From assembly GCA_030528025.1 (NCBI GenBank), contig JAUMZP010000002.1, positions 134,930 to 198,929 of the forward strand: a stretch of 64,000 bases of DNA. Direction: 5' to 3'. Below are positions 36,499 to 46,833 of the stretch, piece by piece; positions within the stretch are counted from its first letter, which is position 1, and each line of letters begins with the position of its first letter. The stretch is from Candidatus Saccharimonadota bacterium (GTDB taxonomy: Bacteria > Patescibacteriota > Saccharimonadia > Saccharimonadales > Saccharimonadaceae). Below the pieces are notes generated by a model. That model did no database searches and was not told where the DNA came from. It worked only from the letters and a program-made list of their open reading frames with translations. A program made the translations under genes and the position numbers.

Positions 36499-37104
36499 CT
36501 ATATCTGAAACCCTTGAACTTTCGTCAACGGCCAGAGACGCAGGCTGACGGGGCCAATCACATCATAGAGTGGCACGGTGCCGAGGCCATTACGTGAGTC
36601 GAGCGAGTAGCTGCCTTGACGGTGATCACCCGCCACAAAAATCGATCCTTCGGGCACCGTCACCTCTGTATCGCCACTGGTGGGAGAGCCAGGACCATCC
36701 CAGCTGTCGTCGGGGTGAAAGCCTTGTGGGTGTTCTTTGTTATAGACAGTCAGCGTCCCATCCTTGACGGTGACGCGCTCGCCTGCAAAGGCAATGACCC
36801 GCTTAACGAGGTTCATATCCTCGCTGCCTGGGCTATAGAGCGGGTTCTTGAAGACGATAATTTGCCCCCGCTTGGGTGTGTATGAGTTGTTTTGCAAATG
36901 CGCCATCGTGACGGGCAGGCGATTGACAATCAGCCGATCGCCAGTGTAGAGCGTCTGCTCCATGCTTGGGCCAGTTACACTAAAGCTACGAAATACAAAG
37001 GTGTTGATAAGGAGTGTGCCAACAATGACGCACACCACAAAAATTACAAAGCCACCGATATCCTTGAGCCTGGGGTGGCGGGTCAAAAAACTTGCTTCCA
37101 TCAT
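36499..37104 (-). CDS. lepB: Signal peptidase I
   Basis: N-terminal TM, catalytic Ser box 'VTGPSME', Lys box 'LVKRVIAFAGERV', and box E 'VAGDHRQGSYSLDSRNGLGTVP'. Confidence 0.85.
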   Translation of the reverse strand: MMEASFLTRHPRLKDIGGFVIFVVCVIVGTLLINTFVFRSFSVTGPSMEQTLYTGDRLIVNRLPVTMAHLQNNSYTPKRGQIIVFKNPLYSPGSEDMNLVKRVIAFAGERVTVKDGTLTVYNKEHPQGFHPDDSWDGPGSPTSGDTEVTVPEGSIFVAGDHRQGSYSLDSRNGLGTVPLYDVIGPVSLRLWPLTKVQGFQI

Positions 37105-37196
37105 GAAGTATTATATCACTAAATGCGGGCGGAGGGGAGGAATAATTGCAATGTATGCGCTCCGCCACCGACCTAGCGGAGCGCATACTGTGAGGC

Positions 37197-37952
37197 TCAA
37201 CGCGAGGTTGATGACGGAGCGGGGTTTCCGCCCGTTAAGAGCAGATTATACTGCTCAGGTGTGAGAGTGATGGTAACATGGGTGTTGCTGAACTTGCTAA
37301 ACGTCGTCTGAATAAGACTAGGCAGCTCGCTGTCCACGCGCGCGGTTGTCTCTGTCTTGAGGTGGTGATTTTCACACGTCCACCAACCATACTTAATGCG
37401 CTTCTTGCAGGTGCTATATGTATCACGTATGGTGTATTTACCGGCGGGTAGTGGGTAGTCCATGTGCATCTTCATCGAAGGCTGAGCAACTTCAGACTGA
37501 ATAAAAGTTATATGAGACATTGGAATCTCGAAGATATAACTTTTTCCGTTGGCTGTGAAGCCAACCGAGAGGCTCGAAGCTGGTGACCAGCTACTCTTAT
37601 TATAGAGGTAGAAGTAACCACCTCCTGTTGTCGTACTACCGGCAGTGCCAGCAATACGATTGCCAAGATCAAAAGGATACTCGGTGTCACTCTTGAGGCC
37701 GTACGATGCCGTGGCCTCGGCAAGTGTCATATCCTTTTCTCTTTCCGATATTTTGCTGTTGCCTGTCCAGTTATAGACAATGAAGTTGGCGACAACGTAC
37801 ATTATGGTGACTGTAGCTATAGCCTTCACAAGACTGATCTTCAAATTTTTTTCGAAGTTCTTATCATCAACATCTCCAGCATTCTCAATGAAGACGTACA
37901 ATGCCGTGAAAAGTCCAACAATAGTCGCGAGAATAGCCATGAACAGAGCCAT
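37197..37952 (-). CDS. Hypothetical protein with an N-terminal TM anchor and extracytoplasmic domain
   Basis: Start chosen at the Met with SD sequence AAGGAAG (37952). 'MALFMAILATIVGLFTALYVFI' is the TM. Function unknown. Confidence 0.45.
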   Translation of the reverse strand: MALFMAILATIVGLFTALYVFIENAGDVDDKNFEKNLKISLVKAIATVTIMYVVANFIVYNWTGNSKISEREKDMTLAEATASYGLKSDTEYPFDLGNRIAGTAGSTTTGGGYFYLYNKSSWSPASSLSVGFTANGKSYIFEIPMSHITFIQSEVAQPSMKMHMDYPLPAGKYTIRDTYSTCKKRIKYGWWTCENHHLKTETTARVDSELPSLIQTTFSKFSNTHVTITLTPEQYNLLLTGGNPAPSSTSR

Positions 37953-38134
37953 GACAATCACTTCCTTTTCAACTCTGGGTGGAAACGTACCATCTCCTGC
38001 GGGTCGGCGCAAAAGATTAATATATATATCAATATATGGAGGTGGAGTCAAGCAGACAGCTATAGAAATTTTATAAAGAGAGCAGCCACTTAGAATGAGT
38101 AGCTGCTCTCTTGAGTTATGCTATTTGCTACAAC

Positions 38135-38419
38135 CTAGCATCCTACAACAAAGTCAAAGTAGTCGCGATGAAACGCCTCCCCCTCCTCTTCTTCCACAAT
38201 GCTAGCTAAAGTTTCGAGTGTTTTAATTTCTGTTTCTGTCAAGTGCTTGTTTTGCTTAGATAAGTTGGAGGCGACGCAGAGACATATGTATTCTAACGAA
38301 ATAGCCCACTCGCCGACCCTGGCATATTCTCTCGCTTTTTCGGCTTGCGATTGAGACAAGTAGGGGGATTCGTTGATGTAGTTATAAAGCGCAGTCGTTT
38401 GTTTAACTTGTTCACTCAT
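38135..38419 (-). CDS. Hypothetical small acidic protein (94 aa) in an AT-rich segment
   Basis: An ATG is immediately preceded by GTTATAAT (leaderless). No motif. Confidence 0.35.
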   Translation of the reverse strand: MSEQVKQTTALYNYINESPYLSQSQAEKAREYARVGEWAISLEYICLCVASNLSKQNKHLTETEIKTLETLASIVEEEEGEAFHRDYFDFVVGC

Positions 38420-38735
38420 GGATATAATTATAACATAAATCGTTAGTCTGTAGTGCATCGGTTATCTCCTCAGGTTATAAAGATAAGTGTAATTATTTAA
38501 AGCAACATTCCAGCGGCTCTTATGGGATATGTTGCGGTATGAAAATTATGAAAATATTGTTGAGGTCCGGGCTGTATCGTGATGTCCGTATGCAAAATAG
38601 TGCTGCATTGTGCAAATATGTGCTTATACTCCAAACGACCACAGTCTCTCGTGGTATTTTGGCTTGCAAAGTGCAAGTTTGGGCGCGGCTTTGTATTTAT
38701 TTTTTGGGGCAGATCCAGTATAGTAGAGAGAGTTT

Positions 38736-40478
38736 ATGGCGGGTCGCAATTCGATAGATGGTTTTCGGTCACAAGATGGCGGGGTGGTGGATAGGCGCCC
38801 CCGCTCGCTTCGTCGTGCCGATGGCTCGATGCCGCGGATGGGTCGCTCGATGACGGGTACGGCTGGCTCTAGTCGCAGCTTGGCCACAGCAGAGCAGCCA
38901 AGGAATTATACACCGCGCCGCAGTGCGTCTATCAGCACCAACAACCCCAGTAGTAGCCTAACTGACTTCGATATTAATCCAAGTGACAATATATTTGCTG
39001 ACCTAGAGCAGGGCAGCGGCAAGCGTAGCCGCAAAGGCCGCAAGAAGCCGCAATCAACGCGGCGCAAATGGATCAAGCGTATTATCATCGCTCTCGTCAT
39101 CATTGGTGTGGGCTTTGGTGGTATGCTGCTGTGGCGGACCTTTATGGCGAGCTCACATATCTTTAAGGGTGATATCTTTGGCTTGATTCAACAAAAGGAG
39201 CTCAAGGCGGATAGCAATGGCCGGAGCAACATTCTCTTGCTTGGTACGTCGGAGGATGACCCAGGCCACGAAGGGTCGTACCTGACCGACTCCATCATGA
39301 TCTTGAGTATTAGCCAGAGCAAGAAGGACGCCTATATGATTAGCATCCCGCGCGACCTCTACGTCAAATATCACCGGTCGTGTAACTCTGGCAATGCGGG
39401 TAAAATTAATGAGTACTTCAACTGCGTTAATAGTGATTGGTCGAGCACTGAGGCAGAGGATGAGCGCCAGGCCGCTTCGCGCAAGTTCTTTGGCAATATT
39501 GTGGGGTTGGATTTGCAATACAGTGTGCACGTGAACTACACAGTGCTGCGCGACCTCGTCTCGGCACTGGGCGGCATTAAAGTAACGATTGAGAGCCGTG
39601 ACCCTCGTGGCCAGATGGATGGTAACTTCGACTGGAAGTGTAGGGGTGGAAACCCTCGCGCGAGCCATGCCACGATGGTTAAGAATTGCCCACCGAATGG
39701 TCACTTTATCGATTACCCTAATGGGCCAGTCAATCTCGATGCCGAGCATGCGCTCTACTTAGCGCAGGCACGCGGTGCCTCGGGTATATCGTATGGCTTC
39801 GAGCAGTCCAACTTCGACCGCGAGAAGAACCAACAAAAGGTGCTCGTGGCTATCAAAGAAAAGGCGACAAGTGCTGGTACCCTGACGAACTTTGGTGCAG
39901 TAACAGGGATCATTGATGCACTAGGCAAGAACCTTCGGACTAACTTTGAGACAAGTGAGATCCGTACACTTATGTCGCTGGGGCAAAATATCAAGAGTGA
40001 TGCTATCAAGAGTGTAGGCTTGCTCGATACGCCTGTTGGCGATCTAGTGGTAGCACAGACAGTTAACGGTATTAGCTCTGTTATACCCGCAGCGGGCACA
40101 TACGACTACAGTCAGATCCAAGCGTACATCAACAAGACACTCAATGCCACAGAAGTATCTAAAGAGTCGGCCCATGTCGTCGTCCTCAATGCATCAGGTG
40201 CATCAGGGGTAGCTAAGCGCGAAGCAGACAAGCTAGAGAAGCTTGGTATGGTCATTGACAGCATTGATAATGCTCCACACAGCGGTAGCGCAGGGAGTAA
40301 CAAGATCTACCAAGTGGCCGGGAGAGCTAGCGCGCCGCACACGAAGGCCAAGCTAGAGTCGATCTACCATGCTCAAGCCACTACTGGCACACCACCAGTG
40401 ACTACTGGCAGCCATACGCAGTTTGTTGTCGTGGTTGGTCAGTCCACGACGGGTACTTCATCGGCAATTAGTGATTAG
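38736..40478 (+). CDS. LCP-family (LytR-CpsA-Psr) cell-wall glycopolymer ligase with a long Arg/Ser-rich cytoplasmic tail
   Basis: A single TM, then 'NILLLGTSEDDPGHEGSYLTDSIMILSISQSKKDAYMISIPRDLYV' (the LCP core), plus a C-terminal LytR_C-like domain. Confidence 0.85.
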   Translation: MAGRNSIDGFRSQDGGVVDRRPRSLRRADGSMPRMGRSMTGTAGSSRSLATAEQPRNYTPRRSASISTNNPSSSLTDFDINPSDNIFADLEQGSGKRSRKGRKKPQSTRRKWIKRIIIALVIIGVGFGGMLLWRTFMASSHIFKGDIFGLIQQKELKADSNGRSNILLLGTSEDDPGHEGSYLTDSIMILSISQSKKDAYMISIPRDLYVKYHRSCNSGNAGKINEYFNCVNSDWSSTEAEDERQAASRKFFGNIVGLDLQYSVHVNYTVLRDLVSALGGIKVTIESRDPRGQMDGNFDWKCRGGNPRASHATMVKNCPPNGHFIDYPNGPVNLDAEHALYLAQARGASGISYGFEQSNFDREKNQQKVLVAIKEKATSAGTLTNFGAVTGIIDALGKNLRTNFETSEIRTLMSLGQNIKSDAIKSVGLLDTPVGDLVVAQTVNGISSVIPAAGTYDYSQIQAYINKTLNATEVSKESAHVVVLNASGASGVAKREADKLEKLGMVIDSIDNAPHSGSAGSNKIYQVAGRASAPHTKAKLESIYHAQATTGTPPVTTGSHTQFVVVVGQSTTGTSSAISD

Positions 40479-40785
40479 TGAGTGGTAGTTTAATAAGCCG
40501 ATAAGCTTCTGTGTTCGGCGTATAACTGCAAGGCCGTGCAGAGTAAGTATTAGCTCTTAACCTTCGAATCAAAATAGATCATTATAATAACCCTTTCCTC
40601 GGTCGAGTAAGATAGCGAGAAGGGGGTTATTTCCATCTGTGAAGTACAAAAAACGGTGATTTGCCGATTGTATAGCATTATTGCCAAAATATGGTAGTGT
40701 TTGCACGGTTTTACATTACTCAGCCTTAGATTTACCTACGACGAGTTGTGCGGCTAAGCTACGAGATACGAAAATACCTACCGTC

Positions 40786-41292
40786 TTATCGCCCATGCCA
40801 AAACTGTTGCGTTTTCATCCACTCAGGGTCCTGAGTGGAGAGCTTTGCATTGCTGAGTTCGTCATAGCAGCGCATAATGCTGGTACGAAAGAGTGATTCC
40901 TGAACCTGGATAGATGAGTTCTTTATGATGCGATGTGGCAAACCACGACTCGCAAAGCACTGAGCAGCTGCATCGAATAGCTTGCGATCGGTCACTTGCC
41001 GTACATTCAGTACCTCTTTGTACGAACCTGATGGGAAGTGTCGTGGTATCTCGCTGCCAATAAAGCCAGCCAATATAAAGGCAGTCACAGGTACAGTAAT
41101 AACAAGGAGAGGTGCAAGGATGGCGGCGGCCACCCAGTGTTGCTTGGTATTGCGAAAATGGAGTTTGCTTGTCATATATAGTAAGTATAGAGCGTATAGT
41201 ATGGTTGAGTCAAACAAAGCAAATACTGCCTGAATCTTATAATTCCTCTTCCTCAGTATTTGTTTCACCTTCCTTCTGATAAATTGCAACAA
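40786..41292 (-). CDS. Hypothetical membrane protein
   Basis: ORF with hydrophobic helices. Start uncertain (alternative Met 'MTSKLHF'). Confidence 0.3.
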   Translation of the reverse strand: MLQFIRRKVKQILRKRNYKIQAVFALFDSTILYALYLLYMTSKLHFRNTKQHWVAAAILAPLLVITVPVTAFILAGFIGSEIPRHFPSGSYKEVLNVRQVTDRKLFDAAAQCFASRGLPHRIIKNSSIQVQESLFRTSIMRCYDELSNAKLSTQDPEWMKTQQFWHGR

Positions 41293-41517
41293 GAGCTAGC
41301 GCTCCTCGGGCATCAACTCTCTTACACTTATCTAAAAAAGCACATTTATTACAATCAATTTCACGCTCCACCGGAGGAAATGCGAGAGAAGCGGCGTGCG
41401 ATCTTATGGTGAGACTCTACAAACTGAGGCGTAGCAAGATAAACTGTGGAACTAGCATAGCCGGCACAGTAGAGAGTAGAATGTTCTCGCCCTAGGCTCT
41501 TATTTTTTCGCCCAAAA

Positions 41518-41526
41518 TGGTATAAT
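41518..41526 (+). promoter_or_regulatory. Extended -10 box TGGTATAAT, 8 nt upstream of the ATG at 41535 (leaderless)
   Basis: TGnTATAAT. Confidence 0.45.
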
Positions 41527-41534
41527 AAAAGGCA

Positions 41535-42317
41535 ATGGATTTTTTGCATGGTACACATCGTCAGTCTCGGGTCAGTGAGGTCGTTTATGTGGCGCTCAAT
41601 CTTGGGCTTGCGACGCTGCTGTTTTTGATCGTCCTAGAGGTGCAGTCGCCTTGGCTTGCGTTAGCACTGGTGATTGCCAGTAAGTGGCGGGCGCTCGCGG
41701 TGCGGCCACGCTTTTGGCTTGCCAATATTGTGGCAAATATGATCGACCTCACGGTAGGTATTAGTGTTGTGATGTTGATGTATGCTGCGAGTGGAGTGAT
41801 CTGGCTACAGGTTATCTTGGCAGTGCTGCATGCGTTGTGGCTCGTAGTGCTCAAGCCACGATCAGATCGCCGTTCGGTGGCTATTCAGGCGGGTGTTGGT
41901 GTCTTTGTTGGAGCAACGGCCCTCGCCATGAGCTCCTATCGGTGGGATGCCGCCCTAGTGGTACTACCGCTATGGGTGCTGGGGTACTGTGCTGCGCGGC
42001 ATATTATCGGTAGCTATGAAGAACCACTCACGCGTACCTACGCGCTGATTACCGCGACGATCTTTGCGGAGCTTGGCTGGGTGAGCTATCACTGGATGTT
42101 TGCCTATACTATCTCTGGTCTGGGGGCGATTAAGCTTGCACAGTTGCCGCTCTTTTTGGTGCTCTTTGGCTTTGTGTGTGAGCGTGCCTATAATAGCTAC
42201 TATCAGCATGGTGTGGTGCGCGGGGCAGATATTGTCTTGCCATCGACACTGGCGGTTGGGCTTGTGCTGACGCTTTTGCTGTTGTTTAACAGCCTGAGCG
42301 CCACTGGCCTTGCGTAG
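41535..42317 (+). CDS. Hypothetical polytopic membrane protein (260 aa)
   Basis: About 7 TM helices. It lies immediately upstream of htrA and may be co-transcribed with it. Confidence 0.5.
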   Translation: MDFLHGTHRQSRVSEVVYVALNLGLATLLFLIVLEVQSPWLALALVIASKWRALAVRPRFWLANIVANMIDLTVGISVVMLMYAASGVIWLQVILAVLHALWLVVLKPRSDRRSVAIQAGVGVFVGATALAMSSYRWDAALVVLPLWVLGYCAARHIIGSYEEPLTRTYALITATIFAELGWVSYHWMFAYTISGLGAIKLAQLPLFLVLFGFVCERAYNSYYQHGVVRGADIVLPSTLAVGLVLTLLLLFNSLSATGLA

Positions 42318-42356
42318 CCGAGGCAAATGAGAAAAAGGGTAAGGGGAAAAGAGGTT

Positions 42357-43562
42357 ATGAATCAACAACCGCAGATGACAGCGCAAGACCAGCGGGCGGC
42401 GCGCGCCATGCGTCAATCAAAAATCATGTCTATTATTGCAGCGGGTGCGCTTGCCCTTGTCTTCGTCGTGGCGATGGCGATGTGGGTTTATTTGCGAACA
42501 ATTGACCGCAATGCGACCGTCACTGAGCGCGATCAGGTTAGCACTGATGGTAACCTCGCTCCCACCGCCGATGAATCTGCAGTAGCTAATGTAGCCGACA
42601 AAGCATCAAAGAGTGTCGTGTCTATCATCACTAATATCGAAGAATCATCATCGCTCCGCACGACCACTCGCCAATCAGCTGCAGCGGGCACTGGCATTAT
42701 TGTCAGCAAAGATGGTTACATCGTCACAAACAAACATGTTGTGTCTAAGGCGAGCTCTATCCGTGTTATTGCTTCGGACGGCACGCGGTATGATGACGTC
42801 CGGGTGGTGGGTGAGGACCCGCTCAATGATATTGCCTACCTCAAGCTTGAGGTGGGCAATACGGTGCTTACGCCACTGTCGCTTGGCGACTCAGCAACGG
42901 TGCGGGTAGGGCAGTCGGTTGTGGCAATCGGCAACGCACTGGGCCGCTACCAAAACACCGTCACCAGCGGTATCATCTCTGGTAAAGGGCGACCTGTCAC
43001 GGCCTCTACATCGGGCAATAGCACCCAGCGAACGGAAAGCCTAACTGATCTTATCCAAACCGATGCTGCCGTAAATTCTGGTAATTCTGGTGGGCCATTG
43101 CTTAACCGCTCAGGGCAGGTGATTGGCATCAATGTAGCAGTGGCAACCAATGCTCAGGGCATTAGCTTTGCTATTCCTGTTAATGCTATGAAGGGGACGC
43201 TCAAGTCGGTCCTGGCGGGTAAGGGAGTGCGCCGGGCCTACCTTGGGGCGCGCTATGTGATGCTCACGCCAGATGTTGCCAAGCAGGTCGGTACTTCGGC
43301 GAAGGAAGGCGCGTATGTGATGACAAGTGGCGACAAAAGCGCGATTGTAGCAGGTAGCCCAGCTGATAAAGCTGGCCTCCGCGAGAAGGATGTGATTACC
43401 AAGATCAATAGCCTCGTCGTGGGCAAGCAAGGCGACGTCTCGAGCCTGATTGGCGAATACCAGCCTGGCGATGTCGTAGCCCTCACCATCCTCCGTGATG
43501 GCAAAGAGCGCGTCGTGCGCGTGACACTGAGTGAGTATCAGAGCGGAGAGAGTGGGGAGTAG
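42357..43562 (+). CDS. htrA: HtrA/DegP-family serine protease with C-terminal PDZ domain
   Basis: Catalytic triad contexts 'VTNKHVV', 'DIAYLKL' and 'GNSGGPLLN'. PDZ 'GARYVMLTPDVAKQ...GSPADKAGLREKDVITKIN'. An alternative upstream start lies at 42327. Confidence 0.85.
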   Translation: MNQQPQMTAQDQRAARAMRQSKIMSIIAAGALALVFVVAMAMWVYLRTIDRNATVTERDQVSTDGNLAPTADESAVANVADKASKSVVSIITNIEESSSLRTTTRQSAAAGTGIIVSKDGYIVTNKHVVSKASSIRVIASDGTRYDDVRVVGEDPLNDIAYLKLEVGNTVLTPLSLGDSATVRVGQSVVAIGNALGRYQNTVTSGIISGKGRPVTASTSGNSTQRTESLTDLIQTDAAVNSGNSGGPLLNRSGQVIGINVAVATNAQGISFAIPVNAMKGTLKSVLAGKGVRRAYLGARYVMLTPDVAKQVGTSAKEGAYVMTSGDKSAIVAGSPADKAGLREKDVITKINSLVVGKQGDVSSLIGEYQPGDVVALTILRDGKERVVRVTLSEYQSGESGE

Positions 43563-43572
43563 AGTAGAGGGG

Positions 43573-44139
43573 CTATAGAAGGCGCAGTACACGCTTATTG
43601 TCCTCACTACGTCGTATTTCACCAGTCAGCAGATTGACATCAAACGTACCGTATTCCATCTCCGATTGAGGTCTGCAGTTGGCCCAGTCATCAGTGATAC
43701 CCTCAACAGTAATGCCGTCAAGAGCGATTCTCCCTGTTTTCCAGCGCACGCCAGTAGAGTCGAGCGCAAGCATACCTATGTGAGTAATGAATAGAATAAT
43801 ACTCTGGTCAACGATTGGCTTTATGGCGACAATACCATCATATAGTTCATCTATTTTTGCGAACAACTGAGGATATCGTACATCACAAACATAGAGATCT
43901 CCTTGCTTAATGATGCACAACTGCCATGGGTTGGGAGCTGTGATTATGTCAGTAACAAGACCAGACGATGTATCACTAGAATGTATACCAAGCGTATAGC
44001 TTAGTGTTTCGTCGACCGTGATCCGGTATGGCGTCATATAGTCTAAGCCTGTTGGTCCAATCTCATAATCAACACCAGATGAAGGAAGGTCGATTGGTTC
44101 GATAGTATAGGTCACAGGGAAGATGGTATTGAGAGTCAT
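43573..44139 (-). CDS. Hypothetical protein (188 aa), low-GC
   Basis: ORF convergent with htrA. No motif. Confidence 0.4.
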   Translation of the reverse strand: MTLNTIFPVTYTIEPIDLPSSGVDYEIGPTGLDYMTPYRITVDETLSYTLGIHSSDTSSGLVTDIITAPNPWQLCIIKQGDLYVCDVRYPQLFAKIDELYDGIVAIKPIVDQSIILFITHIGMLALDSTGVRWKTGRIALDGITVEGITDDWANCRPQSEMEYGTFDVNLLTGEIRRSEDNKRVLRLL

Positions 44140-44386
44140 TTTTATCCTTTCCAGTGATTCTTTATATTCTTAGAATTACGTATAAGCATGCTTTATTAAT
44201 TTATTGTAGCACCTTTGCAGTACGCAAATCTGCTGAATTTTCCACAACAATTTATGATATAACCTCTGTTCTATAAATGTATGATCGCCATATGTTGTAA
44301 GATATGCTTGGAGCTCGGCAAAATGTATGCTATAGTCGAACATAGGTGGGACAAACAATATGAGAACATAATACACAGGGGGCATT

Positions 44387-45016
44387 GTGGAAACAATCAA
44401 CTTTTACCAACTAATACGATATTATGCACGAAAGTGGCCGGTGATGATTGTTGCCATTCTCGTTGGTATTGGGCTGGGTGCGGCCTATGCGCTGTCCATC
44501 CAACAGCCGCAGTATAAAAGCTCCGCAACATTGCTGCTAACAGGGGTAGAGCAGGGCCAAAACACCATTACGCTCACCAACTACACCACGCTCTTTACCT
44601 CGCGGCGAGTGCTCGATCCGGTGATTGACCGTGCCCAGTACAAGGGGAGCTACGAGACACTACTGGCCAACACAACTGCCAAGCACGTAAAGAACACCGA
44701 TATCATCACTGTCTCGATGAATGCTGGTGAGCCCAAGATGAGCGAAACCTTGCTCAAGCAAGCGATTACCGAGTTTGAAAAGCAGACGAAAGCATTGTAT
44801 GGCAAGACCAAAATTAGCATCAAAACTGTCGACGCTGTCAATACGCCAAACGTGCCAGCAAGCATAGGGCTGTGGCAGGCAATGGCACTCGGTGGCGGTA
44901 GCGCACTGCTGCTTGCCATCGTAGGATTGTTCTTTGCCTACGACTATGCGCAGTCGCAGCGCGCGGCCGAAGCAGCCGCTGCAGCTACATCCGCAGCGAC
45001 CAAGACTAAGCGCTAG
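44387..45016 (+). CDS. Wzz/polysaccharide co-polymerase (chain-length determinant) N-terminal-domain protein
   Basis: GTG start with SD sequence AGGGGG. There is a TM near each end, a periplasmic-type middle region and an Ala-rich tail. It sits at the head of a polysaccharide locus. Confidence 0.6.
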   Translation: METINFYQLIRYYARKWPVMIVAILVGIGLGAAYALSIQQPQYKSSATLLLTGVEQGQNTITLTNYTTLFTSRRVLDPVIDRAQYKGSYETLLANTTAKHVKNTDIITVSMNAGEPKMSETLLKQAITEFEKQTKALYGKTKISIKTVDAVNTPNVPASIGLWQAMALGGGSALLLAIVGLFFAYDYAQSQRAAEAAAAATSAATKTKR

Positions 45017-45104
45017 CGCTACCTATACAGAACTTATTTGCTGAAGCATACAGCCGCATGGGTACGCGGCACGATAACAACACAGGATAACAAGGGGGTA
45101 TACC

Positions 45105-45725
45105 ATGTATCGGGAATACGGAAAACGCATCGAAGATGTGAGCATTGCGCTGGCTGCGCTGGTGATTCTAGGACTACCAATGCTGCTGGTTGCAGCGGCA
45201 ATCCGCCTCACATCGAAAGGGCCAGCCTTGTTCCGCCAGAAGCGCTTCGGCAAAGATAAGCAGCTATTTACAGTTTATAAATTTCGGACTATGTCTACGA
45301 AAGCACCAAAGAATATGCCAACCAATAGTTTTACCAACGCAGATAGCTATATTACACCACTTGGTGGGGTGCTGCGCAAGCTATCTATCGACGAACTACC
45401 ACAGCTACTCAACGTCATCAAAGGCGAGATGAGTATCGTTGGGCCACGGCCCGTCATTAAGACAGAGAAAAAGCTCATTAGTCTGCGCCAAAAATACCAC
45501 GCTAATTCCGTCAAGCCAGGCATCACTGGCTGGGCGCAGGTAAATGGTCGCGATGACCTAGATGACCAGCGCAAAGCTGAGATGGACGGTGAGTATGTGC
45601 AGCAGCTGAGCTTCCTGACCGACGTTAAGATAATGATAAAAACTATTGGAGCGGTATTGATGATGAGTGGCCATACAGAAGGAAGCAAGCGTGCGGTAAC
45701 AGGAGTCGATAATGCCCTCGAATAA
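45105..45725 (+). CDS. Initiating sugar-phosphate transferase (bacterial sugar transferase, WbaP/CpsE C-terminal type)
   Basis: 'LFRQKRFGKDKQLFTVYKFRTM' and 'DELPQLLNVIKGEMSIVGPRP' motifs. Confidence 0.85.
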   Translation: MYREYGKRIEDVSIALAALVILGLPMLLVAAAIRLTSKGPALFRQKRFGKDKQLFTVYKFRTMSTKAPKNMPTNSFTNADSYITPLGGVLRKLSIDELPQLLNVIKGEMSIVGPRPVIKTEKKLISLRQKYHANSVKPGITGWAQVNGRDDLDDQRKAEMDGEYVQQLSFLTDVKIMIKTIGAVLMMSGHTEGSKRAVTGVDNALE

Positions 45726-46833
45726 GAAAAAAGTCCTGTTCACCTCACACACCGCCAACTTCCAGAAGTTCAACCGGCCCTTCATGCGGATGCTGCGCGA
45801 ACAGGGGTATGAGGTGCATTATGCCTCAATGGGCGAGGAGCAGATCGAGGATTGCGACAAGCAGTTTGTCGTACCATTTACGCGTAGCCCCTTCACACTG
45901 AGTAATGTCCGGGCCTATCGCCAGCTCAAGGAGATTATCAACCACGAGCAGTATGACCTCATCCATACCCACACACCGGTGGGGAGTGTGGTGACGCGCC
46001 TCGCCGCTCGGCAGGCTCGGCAGCGCGGCACGCGGGTGATCTACACTGCTCATGGCTTTCACTTCTTTACGGGTGCGCCGCTGCTTAATTGGCTGGTGTA
46101 CTATCCCATCGAGCGCCTGATGGCGCACTACACTGACGTCCTCATCACGATCAATGCTGAGGACTACGCCCGAGCCAACCGTCACTTTGCCACCAGCGTG
46201 GTGTATGTGCCGGGGGTGGGGGTGGATCCAAAGCGGTTTGACATTACAATCAACAAGAAATCACGGCAGGCAATACGTGCTGAGTTGGGTATTAAGCCAA
46301 ATGATTTCGTAATAATCTATGTCGCTGAGCTGTCAAAAAGGAAGAACCAGTCTTGGCTCCTCAGTGCGCTTAAGACAACCTTACAGCAAGACACATCAAT
46401 GCATCTTTTGCTGGTTGGTGCAGACAGTATGCAAGGGAAGATCCACAAGCAGTCTGTTCGCTACGGTATACAGAGCCAAGTCCATTTCCTCGGGTATAGA
46501 AAGGATATACCAGAGTTACTCCAAGCATCGGACCTATACGTCTCTACATCAAAGCAAGAGGGATTGCCTGTTAATGTTCTTGAGGCGATGATGGGACGTA
46601 TGCCAATTGTCGCCCTGGAATGCCGAGGGGTTGCTGAGCTCCTCTCGTTGGTGGGTGCTACGCCAGCGCGTGATATGCAGACATTCCGTGCGGCTGTCCA
46701 GCGCCACAAAAAGCACCGCTCCTTGCACCGCGAGAAAGACGTAATCCAATCCGCACTATCGCGATACACGACACCAAATATTATGAAAAATATGCGCCAA
46801 CTGTATGAATACGAGGGAGAGGCTGCTCGATGA
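45712..46833 (+). CDS. Glycosyltransferase family 4
   Basis: GT-B fold and the EX7E-like region 'SKQEGLPVNVLEAMMGRMPIVA'. Confidence 0.8.
   Translation: MPSNKKKVLFTSHTANFQKFNRPFMRMLREQGYEVHYASMGEEQIEDCDKQFVVPFTRSPFTLSNVRAYRQLKEIINHEQYDLIHTHTPVGSVVTRLAARQARQRGTRVIYTAHGFHFFTGAPLLNWLVYYPIERLMAHYTDVLITINAEDYARANRHFATSVVYVPGVGVDPKRFDITINKKSRQAIRAELGIKPNDFVIIYVAELSKRKNQSWLLSALKTTLQQDTSMHLLLVGADSMQGKIHKQSVRYGIQSQVHFLGYRKDIPELLQASDLYVSTSKQEGLPVNVLEAMMGRMPIVALECRGVAELLSLVGATPARDMQTFRAAVQRHKKHRSLHREKDVIQSALSRYTTPNIMKNMRQLYEYEGEAAR

Noticed and set aside
34400-36500. Search for a canonical parS palindrome (TGTTTCACGTGAAACA-like) around parAB
   Set aside because: No convincing 16-bp palindrome was found by eye. 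Absence cannot be asserted without a computational scan, so it is not reported as a feature.
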